From positions 1 through 41,470 of IMG/VR virus record IMGVR_UViG_2690316195_000001: a stretch of DNA of 41,470 nt. One strand, written 5' to 3'. Every line of letters starts with the position of its first letter. Position 1 is the first letter of the stretch. Shown piece by piece: positions 15,668 to 25,538 of this stretch. Source of the DNA: a virus (Duplodnaviria > Heunggongvirae > Uroviricota > Caudoviricetes). The position numbers were made by a program, and so were the translations under genes. Below the pieces are notes generated by a model. That model ran no database searches, was not told the DNA's origin, and saw only the letters and a program-made list of their open reading frames with translations.

Positions 15668-16382
15668 GTTAATAAATGGCAATGCCATCAAAATGACAAG
15701 CATTGAAATTGCTGAGTTGGTTGGTAAGCGTCATGACAATGTGAAACGTACCATCGAAACGCTGGCTAAAAATGGTGTTATCCGGCTTCCTCAAATTGAG
15801 GTTTCCGAAAGAATCAATAACTTAGGGTTCAATGTTCAGTACGAGCATTACGTCTTCGAGGGCGAACAAGGTAAGCGAGACAGTATTGTCGTTGTTGCCC
15901 AGTTGTCGCCGGAATTCACCGCTCGCCTTGTTGACCGCTGGCGAGAGCTTGAAGAAGCTGCGGTTAATATCCCAAAAACGCTACCAGAAGCGTTGCGCCT
16001 TGCTGCTGACCTTGCTGAGCAGAAAATGCAACTGGAAAACCAGCTCGCAATTGCCGCACCTAAAGTTGAGTTTGCCGATCGCGTTGGCGAGGCCAGCGGA
16101 ATTTTGATTGGAAACTTTGCAAAGGTTGTTGGAATTGGTCCAAACAAACTGTTTGCGTGGATGCGCGATCACAAAATCCTTATTGCTTCAGGTTCCCGGC
16201 GCAATGTGCCAATGCAGGAATATATGGATCGCGGCTATTTCACAGTGAAAGAAACAGCGTTCAACACAAATCACGGAATACAGATATCGTTCACCACAAA
16301 AATCACCGGGCGTGGTCAACAGTGGCTGACCAGAAGGCTGCTCTATAGCGGAATGCTGAAAGTAACAGGGGAGGCTGCTTAA
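15660..16382 (+). CDS. Rha-family regulator / antirepressor (N-terminal Rha domain, C-terminal ANT/KilAC domain)
   Basis: N-terminus NGNAIKMTSIEIAELVGKRHDNVKR typical of Rha; C-terminal half typical of the antirepressor ANT domain. Confidence 0.75.
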   Translation: MNELINGNAIKMTSIEIAELVGKRHDNVKRTIETLAKNGVIRLPQIEVSERINNLGFNVQYEHYVFEGEQGKRDSIVVVAQLSPEFTARLVDRWRELEEAAVNIPKTLPEALRLAADLAEQKMQLENQLAIAAPKVEFADRVGEASGILIGNFAKVVGIGPNKLFAWMRDHKILIASGSRRNVPMQEYMDRGYFTVKETAFNTNHGIQISFTTKITGRGQQWLTRRLLYSGMLKVTGEAA

Positions 16383-16672
16383 TGGCTAAACTACGCAAAG
16401 AAGCGCGCGGCAGAGAATGCCAGGTACGTATTTACGGCGTATGCAATGGCAACCCTGAAACTACAGTTCTGGCACATTACCGGATGGCTGGAATTTGCGG
16501 AACGGGAATGAAGCCTGACGACCTGATCGGCGCATGGGCTTGTAGCGCGTGTCACGATGAAATCGACCGACGTACCCATAACCTCGACAACAAAGACGCC
16601 AGACTTTACCACCTCGAAGGCGTGATCAGGACGCAGGCGATACTGCTGAAGGAGGGGAAGATTAAGTCATGA
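16382..16672 (+). CDS. DUF1364-family nin-region protein (YbcO-like)
   Basis: MAKLRKEARGRECQVRIYGVCNGNPETTVLAHYR...ACSACHDEIDRRTH resembles E. coli DLP12 YbcO by recall. Confidence 0.7.
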   Translation: MAKLRKEARGRECQVRIYGVCNGNPETTVLAHYRMAGICGTGMKPDDLIGAWACSACHDEIDRRTHNLDNKDARLYHLEGVIRTQAILLKEGKIKS

Positions 16673-17031
16673 ACGAATATCAGTTTGTGCTTCCATACCC
16701 GCCGTCGGTGAACACCTACTGGCGAAGACGGGGAAGCCAATACTACATCAGCGATAAAGGCCAGAAATACCGAAAAGACGTTCAGAAAATCATCCGCCAA
16801 CTCAAGTTAGACATTTTCACCAAATCACGACTCCGCATCAAAGTAATCGCAGACGTTCCAGACTCCCGCCGCCGCGACCTCGATAACATCCTGAAAGGTT
16901 TACTCGACTCACTTATCCACGCCGGATTTGCGGAAGACGACGAGCAATTCGATGACATTCGCGTAATTCGTGGTGTGAAAGTACCAGGCGGAAGGCTTGG
17001 AATAAAAATCACCGAACTGGAGAACGTATGA
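16669..17031 (+). CDS. rusA: RusA Holliday-junction resolvase
   Basis: 120 aa with RusA hallmarks (LPYPPSVNTYWRR, RRRDLDN, GGRLGIKITE). Confidence 0.9.
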   Translation: MNEYQFVLPYPPSVNTYWRRRGSQYYISDKGQKYRKDVQKIIRQLKLDIFTKSRLRIKVIADVPDSRRRDLDNILKGLLDSLIHAGFAEDDEQFDDIRVIRGVKVPGGRLGIKITELENV

Positions 17032-17216
17032 ACGCCACAATTCAAACGATACCAGAGCTTCTTATCCAGACACGAGGCAATCAGACCGAAGTGGCGAGGA
17101 TGCTTTCCTGCGCAAGAGGAACAGTGCTCAAGTACAACCGAGACAGCAAAGGCGAGCGTCACGTAATAGTTAACGGCGTCCTGATGGTCAAACAGGGCAA
17201 GAGGGGAAGACCATGA
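17028..17216 (+). CDS. ninH: NinH-like small DNA-binding protein
   Basis: ...GNQTEVARMLSCARGTVLKYNRD...VIVNGVLMV resembles lambda NinH (GNQTEVARRLKCSRGTVRKY). Confidence 0.7.
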   Translation: MNATIQTIPELLIQTRGNQTEVARMLSCARGTVLKYNRDSKGERHVIVNGVLMVKQGKRGRP

Positions 17217-17836
17217 GACTCGAAAGCGTAGCTAAATTTCACTCGCCAAAAAGCCCGATGATGAGCGACTCACCACGGGCTACGGCTTCTGACTCTCTTT
17301 CCGGTACTGATGTGATGGCTGCTATGGGGATGGCGCAATCACAAGCCGGATTCGGAATGGCTGCATTCTGTGGTAAACATGAACTCAGCCAGAACGACAA
17401 ACAAAAGGCTATCAACTATCTGATGCAATTTGCACACAAGGTATCGGGGAAATACCGTGGTGTGGCAAAGCTTGAAGGAAATACTAAGACAAAGGTACTG
17501 CAAGTGCTCGCAACATTCGCTTATGCGGATTATTGCCGTAGTGCCGCGACGCCGGGTGCAAGATGCAGAGATTGTCACGGTACAGGCCGTGCGGTTGATA
17601 TAGCCAAAACGGAGCAGTGGGGGAGAGTTGTTGAGAAAGATTGCGGAAGATGCAAAGGTGTCGGCTATTCAAGAATGCCAGCAAGCGCCGCATATCGCGC
17701 TGTAACGATGCTAATCCCAAACCTTACCCAACCCACCTGGTCACGCACTGTTAAGCCGCTGTATGACGCTCTGGTGGTGCAATGCCACAAAGAAGAGTCA
17801 ATCGCAGACAACATTTTGAATGCTGTCACACGTTAG
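17213..17836 (+). CDS. Q: Late-gene antiterminator Q (lambda type)
   Basis: 207 aa, MRLESVAKFHSPKSPMMSDSPRATASDSLSG... essentially identical to lambda Q by recall. Confidence 0.95.
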   Translation: MRLESVAKFHSPKSPMMSDSPRATASDSLSGTDVMAAMGMAQSQAGFGMAAFCGKHELSQNDKQKAINYLMQFAHKVSGKYRGVAKLEGNTKTKVLQVLATFAYADYCRSAATPGARCRDCHGTGRAVDIAKTEQWGRVVEKDCGRCKGVGYSRMPASAAYRAVTMLIPNLTQPTWSRTVKPLYDALVVQCHKEESIADNILNAVTR

Positions 17837-17878
17837 CAGCATGATTGCCACGGATGGCAACATATTAACGGCATAATA

Positions 17879-17907
17879 TTGACTTATTGAATAAAGTTGG
17901 GTAAATT
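17879..17907 (+). promoter_or_regulatory. Late promoter pR' (-35 TTGACT, -10 TAAATT) with adjacent qut region
   Basis: ATATTGACTTATTGAATAAAGTTGGGTAAATTTGACTCAACGATGG closely matches the lambda pR' region as recalled. Confidence 0.7.
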
Positions 17908-17942
17908 TGACTCAACGATGGATAAATGCACTCGTTAAATAA

Positions 17943-17977
17943 AGCCCTGAGTTAATAGCTCGGGCTTTTTGCGTTTT
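17943..17977 (+). terminator. Promoter-proximal rho-independent terminator downstream of pR'
   Basis: Hairpin AGCCC...GGGCT followed by TTTTTGCGTTTT about 40-60 nt after the predicted start. Confidence 0.5.
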
Positions 17978-18113
17978 AATCACGACCTTTCTGAAAGCAC
18001 ATCAAACCAAATACCAGACAGACAAAAATAATCACCTTATCCGCTGTGGCTACGGTGCGGTGTGCTTTGCATAAAAGAAAACCAGCGCAATGGCTGGCTT
18101 CGTGAAAGCGGGT

Positions 18114-18148
18114 GGCAAGAGGTTGCGCTAACAACCTCCTGCCGTTTT
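18114..18148 (+). terminator. tR'-like terminator (lambda-homologous hairpin)
   Basis: GGCAAGAGGTT / AACCTCCTGCC stem followed by GTTTT; sequence block closely matches the lambda tR' region as recalled. Confidence 0.6.
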
Positions 18149-18270
18149 GCCCGTGCATATCGGTCACGAACAAATCTGATTACTAAACACAGTAGCCTGG
18201 ATTTGTTCTATCAGTAATCGACCTTATTCCTAATTAAATAGAGCAAATCCCCTCAATGAAGGGGTAGAGC

Positions 18271-18474
18271 ATGTACCGTATGGACAAAATCAGAGAATGG
18301 TTCAGTTACAGCTTCGGAGGACTGACTGCGATGGGTGGCATTCTCTCCCTGAATGACTGGGCTGTCATCATTGGTATTCTTTGTACTGTCGGCACATTTG
18401 GCATCAACTGGTACTACAAGCGCAAAGAGCGCGAGGACAGATTGAATGGCAATGTCACCGGCACTACGAAATAG
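18271..18474 (+). CDS. Holin, probably pinholin-type, with dual-start motif
   Basis: 67 aa, two TM segments, Gly-rich TMD1 ([13 protein letters not shown]), charged C-terminus; two Met codons at positions 1 and 4 (MYRM); partnered with a SAR endolysin. Confidence 0.7.
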   Translation: MYRMDKIREWFSYSFGGLTAMGGILSLNDWAVIIGILCTVGTFGINWYYKRKEREDRLNGNVTGTTK

Positions 18475-18949
18475 CGTAATAGCGGCGATAAGTGGCGGGG
18501 CTATTGCTATAGCATCTGTGTTAATCACTGGGCCAAGTGGTAACGATGGTCTGGAAGGTGTCAGCTACATACCATACAAAGATATTGTTGGTGTATGGAC
18601 TGTATGTCACGGACATACCGGAAAAGACATCATGCTCGGTAAAACGTATACCGAAGCAGAATGCAAAGCCCTCCTGAATAAAGACCTTGCCACGGTAGCC
18701 AGACAAATTAACCCGTACATCAAAGTCGATATACCGGAAACAACGCGCGGCGCTCTTTACTCGTTCGTCTATAACGTGGGCGCAGGCAATTTCAGAACAT
18801 CTACTCTTCTTCGCAAAATAAACCAGGGCGATATCAAAGGCGCATGTGACCAGCTACGTCGTTGGACATATGCTGGCGGTAAGCAATGGAAAGGGCTGAT
18901 GACTCGCCGTGAGATTGAGCGTGAAGTCTGTTTGTGGGGGCAACAATGA
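18446..18949 (+). CDS. SAR endolysin (phage 21 R-type lysozyme)
   Basis: N-terminal signal-anchor-release domain ([30 protein letters not shown]) plus lysozyme core; matches the phage 21 endolysin by recall. Confidence 0.9.
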   Translation: MAMSPALRNSVIAAISGGAIAIASVLITGPSGNDGLEGVSYIPYKDIVGVWTVCHGHTGKDIMLGKTYTEAECKALLNKDLATVARQINPYIKVDIPETTRGALYSFVYNVGAGNFRTSTLLRKINQGDIKGACDQLRRWTYAGGKQWKGLMTRREIEREVCLWGQQ

Positions 18950-19383
18950 GCAGAGCAACCGCGATTATCTCTGCTCTGGTTATCTGCATCATCGTCTGCC
19001 TGTCATTGGCTGTTAATCATTACCGTGATAACGCCATGACCTACAAAGAGCAGCGCGATAAGGCCACATCCACAATCGCTGACATGCAGAAGCGTCAACG
19101 TGATGTAGCAGAACTTGACGCCAGATACACAAAGGAGCTTGCTGATGCTAACGCGACTATCGAAAGCCTCCGTGCTGATGTTTCTGCTGGGCGTAAGCGC
19201 CTGCAAGTCGCCGCCACCTGTGCAAAGTCAACGACCGGAGCCAGCAGCATGGGCGATGGAGAAAGCCCAAGACTTACAGCAGATGCTGAACTCAATTATT
19301 ACCGTCTCCGAAGTGGAATCGACAAGATAACCGCGCAGGTTAACTACCTGCAGGAGTACATCAGGACGCAATGCCTTCGATGA
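18946..19383 (+). CDS. Rz: Rz i-spanin
   Basis: [30 protein letters not shown]... resembles lambda Rz; ATGA overlap with the endolysin stop. Confidence 0.9.
   Translation: MSRATAIISALVICIIVCLSLAVNHYRDNAMTYKEQRDKATSTIADMQKRQRDVAELDARYTKELADANATIESLRADVSAGRKRLQVAATCAKSTTGASSMGDGESPRLTADAELNYYRLRSGIDKITAQVNYLQEYIRTQCLR
19145..19330 (+). CDS. Rz1: Rz1 o-spanin lipoprotein, embedded in Rz in the +1 frame
   Basis: AAGGAG RBS 7 nt upstream; signal peptide with lipobox LLGVSAC; Pro-rich mature region. Confidence 0.8.
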   Translation: MLTRLSKASVLMFLLGVSACKSPPPVQSQRPEPAAWAMEKAQDLQQMLNSIITVSEVESTR

Positions 19384-19761
19384 TAGCGATAATTTTACTC
19401 ATCATCCTTCACATCTGGCTCTGTAGACAGGGTGGTGATCACTTCTGGAGTGAATCCAGATTAAACATCTCATTGCTGATGCTTGATATTGAGCATCTGG
19501 CGCGCGGTAAGGGGCTGCGTTGAGATAAGAGCCAGTTCATTACAAAGCCTATCTACGGGTGGGCTTGATAATGAAACCGGAATTTATTCTTGGCAACCAG
19601 TTACGGCAGTACAGCGAAACAACCCAAGCCAGTAAGTGGGGAAATAACACTGGCAGCCACTGAAAGATGAACCTCCAGCCTTATGGCAAAAAAGATTCTT
19701 TGTGGTGGCGGACTGATGGAAAGACATCCTAATCAAGCAACCACTCTACAGGGTCATAATT

Positions 19762-20118
19762 ATGAACGACCAGCAAATCGAAAAAGAAATCGTTGAGAAA
19801 GGCAAAACGTCACCGCGCGTTACGCCTCAATATATCGAAAGCATCATTCTTGAAGAGCATTTCTTTACTGCTTATGACGGCATTCGTGCTGCCAATATGG
19901 GCGTTGGCGATTCATGGACAGCGCATAAATCTACAGACCTCCTGACTTTCTGCGTACTGGTGCTGAAGAATGGCTTCACCGTCACCGGAGAGAGTGCCTG
20001 TGCAAGCCCGGAAAACTTTGATGCAGAAATCGGGCGCAAGATTGCTCGCCAGAATGCTGTAAACAAAATCTGGATGCTTGAAGGTTACTTGCTGAAGCAG
20101 AAGCTAAGCGAACAGTAG
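19762..20118 (+). CDS. Hypothetical phage protein (118 aa)
   Basis: Track ORF between the lysis and packaging modules. Confidence 0.5.
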   Translation: MNDQQIEKEIVEKGKTSPRVTPQYIESIILEEHFFTAYDGIRAANMGVGDSWTAHKSTDLLTFCVLVLKNGFTVTGESACASPENFDAEIGRKIARQNAVNKIWMLEGYLLKQKLSEQ

Positions 20119-20221
20119 TTATTACAAAAGCCATTCCCTACAGAGTGGCTTTGATAATGGCTTATACCCTACACGGGATAACTTAACTGATATCCCTTTT
20201 AACGGATAAACGGAGCCAACA

Positions 20222-20464
20222 ATGGCAGAGATTATTCCCATGACTGAAGAACAGAAATTCCAGTTAGAGATTTACAAACTGGTCATGAACCAGAACGCAG
20301 CCGCAGAGGAAGCATTTCAGTTCATTGGCACTGACGAACTGAAGCTTGAGCTATTCAAAATTCACTTCCAGTCAGGCGGCGCTAATTCAGATATCACGAC
20401 CCGCACTATCGAAGCGGTGCGTAAATCGAAGGAAGCGTTAGACCTGTTCACCACCGGAGCATGA
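20222..20464 (+). CDS. Hypothetical phage protein (80 aa)
   Basis: Track ORF with GGAG-like RBS. Confidence 0.5.
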   Translation: MAEIIPMTEEQKFQLEIYKLVMNQNAAAEEAFQFIGTDELKLELFKIHFQSGGANSDITTRTIEAVRKSKEALDLFTTGA

Positions 20465-20465
20465 T

Positions 20466-20645
20466 GTGAGCCGCGTAATCAATTTGGGTAAGGATAAGAA
20501 ATTCCCAATTACTCAAGAGCTATACGAGCGGCTGGAAAGCGTCATCCATGATTACGATGGTGAAATCAGTTTATGCGAGGCGATTGGCACACTCGAATTG
20601 CTGAAGCAGTCACTGATTGAAGGCGCGAAAGAGTCCTCAACCTGA
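20466..20645 (+). CDS. Possible small protein (about 59 aa, GTG start), not in the ORF track
   Basis: GTG directly after the upstream stop; coordinates uncertain by about 1 nt. Confidence 0.25.
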   Translation: MSRVINLGKDKKFPITQELYERLESVIHDYDGEISLCEAIGTLELLKQSLIEGAKESST

Positions 20646-20662
20646 AATGACAACTAAGTGAG

Positions 20663-21091
20663 ATGAATATGGCGACTGAACCAAAAGCTGGTCGCCCCTC
20701 TGATTATATGCCGGAGGTGGCTGACGATATCTGCTCGTTGCTTTCTTCTGGCGAGAGCTTGCTGAAAGTATGCAAGCGCCCAGGTATGCCGGATAAGTCC
20801 ACTGTTTTCCGCTGGTTGGCAAAGCATGAGGATTTTCGCGACAAGTACGCGAAGGCAACTGAGGCGCGAGCTGATTCTATTTTCGAAGAGATATTCGAAA
20901 TTGCTGACAATGCGATTCCAGATGCTGCTGAGGTGGCAAAGGCAAGACTTCGCGTTGATACCCGCAAATGGGCGCTGGCCCGAATGAATCCCCGTAAGTA
21001 TGGCGACAAGGTAACTAACGAGCTTGTCGGCAAAGACGGCGGCGCAATACAGATTGAAACATCACCGATGAGCACTCTATTCGGAAAATGA
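20663..21091 (+). CDS. Terminase small subunit (Sf6 gp1 type)
   Basis: MNMATEPKAGRPSDYMPEVADDICSLLSSGESLLKVCKRPGMPDKSTVFRWL... matches Sf6 small terminase by recall; immediately upstream of the large subunit. Confidence 0.85.
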   Translation: MNMATEPKAGRPSDYMPEVADDICSLLSSGESLLKVCKRPGMPDKSTVFRWLAKHEDFRDKYAKATEARADSIFEEIFEIADNAIPDAAEVAKARLRVDTRKWALARMNPRKYGDKVTNELVGKDGGAIQIETSPMSTLFGK

Positions 21092-22500
21092 CCTCGATTA
21101 ATCCTATCTTTGAACCGTTCATTGAGGCGCATCGCTACAAAGTCGCCAAAGGCGGTCGAGGTAGCGGTAAATCATGGGCAATCGCGAGGCTGCTTGTTGA
21201 AGCGGCGCGTCGGCAGCCGGTGCGTATTCTCTGCGCTCGTGAACTGCAAAACAGTATCAGCGATTCGGTAATCCGGTTGCTTGAAGACACCATAGAGCGG
21301 GAAGGGTATTCGGCTGAGTTTGAAATTCAGCGTTCCATGATTCGTCATCTCGGAACGAATGCTGAATTCATGTTCTACGGCATCAAAAACAACCCGACGA
21401 AGATTAAATCTCTCGAAGGCATTGATATCTGCTGGGTGGAAGAAGCGGAAGCGGTAACGAAGGAATCATGGGATATCCTGATACCAACCATCCGTAAGCC
21501 GTTCTCTGAAATATGGGTGAGCTTTAACCCGAAGAACATACTCGACGATACCTATCAGCGATTCGTAGTAAACCCTCCCGATGATATTTGTCTGCTGACG
21601 GTGAACTACACCGACAACCCGCACTTTCCTGAAGTTCTCCGTCTGGAGATGGAAGAGTGTAAACGCAGAAACCCGACACTGTATCGTCACATCTGGCTTG
21701 GTGAGCCGGTAAGCGCAAGTGATATGGCAATCATCAAACGTGAATGGCTTGAAGCCGCAACCGATGCGCACAAAAAACTCGGATGGAAAGCGAAAGGCGC
21801 TGTTGTCTCTGCGCATGATCCATCAGATACAGGGCCAGATGCTAAAGGTTATGCATCGCGTCACGGTTCGGTAGTTAAGCGCATTGCCGAAGGTCTGCTG
21901 ATGGACATCAACGAGGGTGCTGACTGGGCAACTTCGCTGGCGATTGAAGACGGTGCTGACCACTACCTGTGGGATGGCGATGGCGTTGGTGCCGGGCTAC
22001 GCAGACAGACAACGGAAGCGTTCTCCGGCAAGAAAATCACCGCCACGATGTTCAAGGGTAGCGAATCGCCATTCGATGAAGATGCTCCGTATCAGGCCGG
22101 AGCATGGGCTGATGAAGTCGTACAGGGTGACAACGTTCGCACTATTGGTGATGTGTTCCGCAATAAGCGAGCGCAATTCTATTACGCGCTGGCTGACAGG
22201 ATGTATCTGACATATCGGGCGGTTGTCCACGGTGAGTATGCAGACCCCGACGACATGCTGAGTTTCGACAAAGAAGCGATAGGCGAGAATATGCTGGAGA
22301 AGCTGTTTGCAGAACTGACGCAGATTCAGCGCAAATTCAATAACAACGGGAAGCTGGAGCTTATGACTAAGGTCGAAATGAAGCAGAAGCTCGGTATTCC
22401 ATCTCCTAACCTGGCTGATGCGCTGATGATGTGTATGCATTGCCCGGCATTGGTCCGCGAAGAAACAGAAATATACGTTCCCTCATCCTCCGGTTGGTAA
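21088..22500 (+). CDS. Terminase large subunit
   Basis: 470 aa with Walker A (GGRGSGKS) and nuclease C-terminal domain; ATGA overlap with the small subunit. Confidence 0.95.
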   Translation: MTSINPIFEPFIEAHRYKVAKGGRGSGKSWAIARLLVEAARRQPVRILCARELQNSISDSVIRLLEDTIEREGYSAEFEIQRSMIRHLGTNAEFMFYGIKNNPTKIKSLEGIDICWVEEAEAVTKESWDILIPTIRKPFSEIWVSFNPKNILDDTYQRFVVNPPDDICLLTVNYTDNPHFPEVLRLEMEECKRRNPTLYRHIWLGEPVSASDMAIIKREWLEAATDAHKKLGWKAKGAVVSAHDPSDTGPDAKGYASRHGSVVKRIAEGLLMDINEGADWATSLAIEDGADHYLWDGDGVGAGLRRQTTEAFSGKKITATMFKGSESPFDEDAPYQAGAWADEVVQGDNVRTIGDVFRNKRAQFYYALADRMYLTYRAVVHGEYADPDDMLSFDKEAIGENMLEKLFAELTQIQRKFNNNGKLELMTKVEMKQKLGIPSPNLADALMMCMHCPALVREETEIYVPSSSGW

Positions 22501-22502
22501 AC

Positions 22503-24629
22503 ATGGCAGAGACATTAGAGAAAAAACATGAGCGGATCATGCTCAGGTTTGACCGCGCCTATTCTCCACAGCAGGAAGTGCGCGAAAAGTGCATTGAAGC
22601 TACGAGGTTTGCTCGTGTCCCCGGAGGTCAATGGGAAGGAGCAACGGCGGCTGGAACTAAGCTTGATGAGCAGTTCGAGAAGTATCCTAAGTTTGAAATC
22701 AATAAGGTAGCAACTGAACTTAACCGCATCATTGCAGAATACCGCAATAACAGAATCACTGTTAAGTTTCGTCCTGGTGACAGAGAGGCAAGCGAAGAGT
22801 TAGCCAATAAATTAAATGGTCTGTTCCGTGCTGACTACGAAGAAACTGATGGCGGTGAGGCTTGCGATAATGCATTTGACGACGCCGCTACTGGTGGTTT
22901 CGGTTGCTTCCGTTTGACGTCGATGCTGGTCAATGAATACGACCCCATGGACGATCGTCAGCGTATTGCTATTGAACCAATATACGACCCGTCGCGCTCT
23001 GTGTGGTTTGACCCTGACGCTAAGAAGTACGACAAATCTGACGCGTTGTGGGCGTTCTGCATGTATTCGTTGTCACCTGAAAAATATGAGGCTGAATACG
23101 GAAAGAAACCTCCTGCTTCTCTGGATGTACCGTCTATGACCAGTTGGGAATATGACTGGTTTGATGCAGATGTTATTTACATAGCGAAGTATTACGAAGT
23201 TCGTAAAGAGTCTGTTGACGTCATCAGTTATCGACATCCAATCACTGGAGAGATTGCAACATACGACAGTGATCAGGTTGAAGATATTGAAGATGAACTG
23301 GCAATAGCTGGATTTCATGAAGTGGCAAGGCGCTCAGTGAAGCGCCGTCGTGTGTATGTATCCGTAGTGGATGGTGATGGTTTCCTTGAGAAACCTCGAC
23401 GTATTCCTGGTGAACATATCCCCCTCATCCCGGTTTATGGAAAACGCTGGTTCATTGATGATATTGAGCGTGTCGAAGGGCACATTGCAAAAGCAATGGA
23501 TCCACAGCGTTTGTACAACCTTCAGGTTTCAATGCTGGCTGATACTGCAGCGCAAGACCCCGGTCAGATCCCTATAGTTGGCATGGAGCAAATTCGTGGA
23601 CTTGAGAAGCACTGGGAGGCTCGCAACAAGAAACGCCCAGCGTTCTTGCCGTTGCGCGAAGTGAGAGATAAATCTGGCAACATTATCGCTGGAGCTACCC
23701 CGGCAGGATATACACAGCCTGCGGTTATGAATCAGGCATTGGCTGCATTACTACAGCAAACCAGTGCAGATATTCAGGAGGTTACAGGCGGCAGTCAGGC
23801 CATGCAGCAGATGCCAAGTAATATTGCTCAGGAAACGGTTAACAACTTGATGAATAGAGCAGATATGGCTTCGTTTATCTATCTGGACAATATGGCGAAA
23901 AGTCTTAAACGCGCTGGTGAAGTATGGCTGTCAATGGCGCGTGAAGTGTACGGTTCAGAACGTGAAGTGCGCATCGTTAACGAAGATGGAAGTGATGATA
24001 TCGCTGTCCTGAGCGCACAGGTTGTTGACAGGCAAACAGGGGCTGTTGTTGCGTTAAATGACCTTTCTGTCGGTCGATACGATGTGACGGTTGATGTTGG
24101 ACCAAGCTACACAGCACGACGTGATGCAACGGTTTCTGTACTGACAAGTGTCCTTAGCTCTATGCTTCCAACAGACCCAATGCGCCCGGCAATTCAGGGT
24201 ATTATTCTGGACAATATCGATGGCGAAGGCCTTGATGACTTCAAAGAGTACAACCGAAACCAACTGCTGATATCTGGCATTGCAAAACCACGCAATGAGA
24301 AAGAGCAGCAGATTGTTCAACAGGCGCAAATGGCAGCACAAAGCCAGCCAAATCCTGAAATGGTTCTCGCTCAGGCGCAAATGGTAGCAGCGCAGGCAGA
24401 AGCGCAAAAAGCAACTAACGAAACTGCTCAAACTCAAATCAAAGCATTTACTGCCCAGCAGGATGCGATGGAGAGTCAGGCAAACACTGTCTATAAACTG
24501 GCTCAAGCCAGAAACATCGATGACAAAGCAGTGATGGAGGCAATACGCCTTCTGAAAGATGTCGCCGAGTCACAACAACAGCAATTCCAGTCACCACCAC
24601 AGTCTCCGGCAGACTTAATGCCGAGTTAA
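22503..24629 (+). CDS. Portal protein (P22 gp1 type)
   Basis: 708 aa from MAETLEKKHERIML; P22-portal-like length and Gln/Ala-rich C-terminal barrel region. Confidence 0.95.
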   Translation: MAETLEKKHERIMLRFDRAYSPQQEVREKCIEATRFARVPGGQWEGATAAGTKLDEQFEKYPKFEINKVATELNRIIAEYRNNRITVKFRPGDREASEELANKLNGLFRADYEETDGGEACDNAFDDAATGGFGCFRLTSMLVNEYDPMDDRQRIAIEPIYDPSRSVWFDPDAKKYDKSDALWAFCMYSLSPEKYEAEYGKKPPASLDVPSMTSWEYDWFDADVIYIAKYYEVRKESVDVISYRHPITGEIATYDSDQVEDIEDELAIAGFHEVARRSVKRRRVYVSVVDGDGFLEKPRRIPGEHIPLIPVYGKRWFIDDIERVEGHIAKAMDPQRLYNLQVSMLADTAAQDPGQIPIVGMEQIRGLEKHWEARNKKRPAFLPLREVRDKSGNIIAGATPAGYTQPAVMNQALAALLQQTSADIQEVTGGSQAMQQMPSNIAQETVNNLMNRADMASFIYLDNMAKSLKRAGEVWLSMAREVYGSEREVRIVNEDGSDDIAVLSAQVVDRQTGAVVALNDLSVGRYDVTVDVGPSYTARRDATVSVLTSVLSSMLPTDPMRPAIQGIILDNIDGEGLDDFKEYNRNQLLISGIAKPRNEKEQQIVQQAQMAAQSQPNPEMVLAQAQMVAAQAEAQKATNETAQTQIKAFTAQQDAMESQANTVYKLAQARNIDDKAVMEAIRLLKDVAESQQQQFQSPPQSPADLMPS

Positions 24630-24642
24630 CAAGGAGTAATCA

Positions 24643-25527
24643 ATGGAAAACGAACTGATCATCGACGGTCAGGTTATTGGCCTGTCTGAAACACAGGAAA
24701 ATGCAGAAGAAACCATCATCCAAACAGAGTCACAGCCTGAGAATGAAAGCCAGGATGACAACGGTAAAGAGGTGGCAACTGAGCCTGAAAAAACCGAAGA
24801 GACACCAGAAGATTACGCCTTGCGTATTGGTGATGAAGAAATTCAGCTTAACGCTGACGATGATGATCACATTGACGGGCAACCTGCACCGCAATGGGTG
24901 AAAGATCTTCGCAAAGGCTTCAAAGAAACACAGAAAGAAAACCGTGAGTTGCGCCGCCAGCTTGAGGAAGCATTAGCCAAGCCAGCGGAACATCAGCAAC
25001 CACAACCAGACGCTATTCCACCAAAACCGACTCTTGAGTCGTGTGATTATGACGAACAGGCGTTTGAACAGGCATTGACTGATTGGCATGAGAAAAAAGG
25101 CCGTGTCGAACAGCAGCAGCAACAAAAACTACGTCAGCAACAGGAATACCAGCAGCGTTTCCAGCAAAGGGTAGAAGCGCATAAACAACGGGCAGCCAAA
25201 CTTCCTGTGAAAGATTATCAGGAAATGGAAGCCATTGTTCTTAGTGAGCTACCACCAATTCAGCAGGAAATCATCATTCACTGTGCAGACGAAGGCTCTG
25301 AACTACTCGCCTATGGCTTAGGTAAGAGCCAGCAATTACGCCAGCGTGTAGCCGCTGAGACAGATCCAATTCGCGCAGCATTCATCTTGGGGCAGATTAG
25401 CAAACAGGTAAGCCTTGCTCCAAAACCAAAGAAAGCCATCAAGCCAGAGCCGGAAGTACGTGGTGGCGGTGCTGATGCGAAACAAGACGAATTCAACAAA
25501 TTATGCCCCGGCGCAAAAATCGAATAA
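24643..25527 (+). CDS. Scaffolding protein
   Basis: 294 aa, acidic and Gln-rich helical protein between portal and coat. Confidence 0.85.
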   Translation: MENELIIDGQVIGLSETQENAEETIIQTESQPENESQDDNGKEVATEPEKTEETPEDYALRIGDEEIQLNADDDDHIDGQPAPQWVKDLRKGFKETQKENRELRRQLEEALAKPAEHQQPQPDAIPPKPTLESCDYDEQAFEQALTDWHEKKGRVEQQQQQKLRQQQEYQQRFQQRVEAHKQRAAKLPVKDYQEMEAIVLSELPPIQQEIIIHCADEGSELLAYGLGKSQQLRQRVAAETDPIRAAFILGQISKQVSLAPKPKKAIKPEPEVRGGGADAKQDEFNKLCPGAKIE

Positions 25528-25538
25528 GGAAAAGATAA

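Noticed and set aside
17976-18173. Minus-strand ORF 17976..18173 between Q and the holin
   Set aside because: Antisense to the pR' leader and overlapping the tR'-like terminator; lambda-homologous non-coding region.
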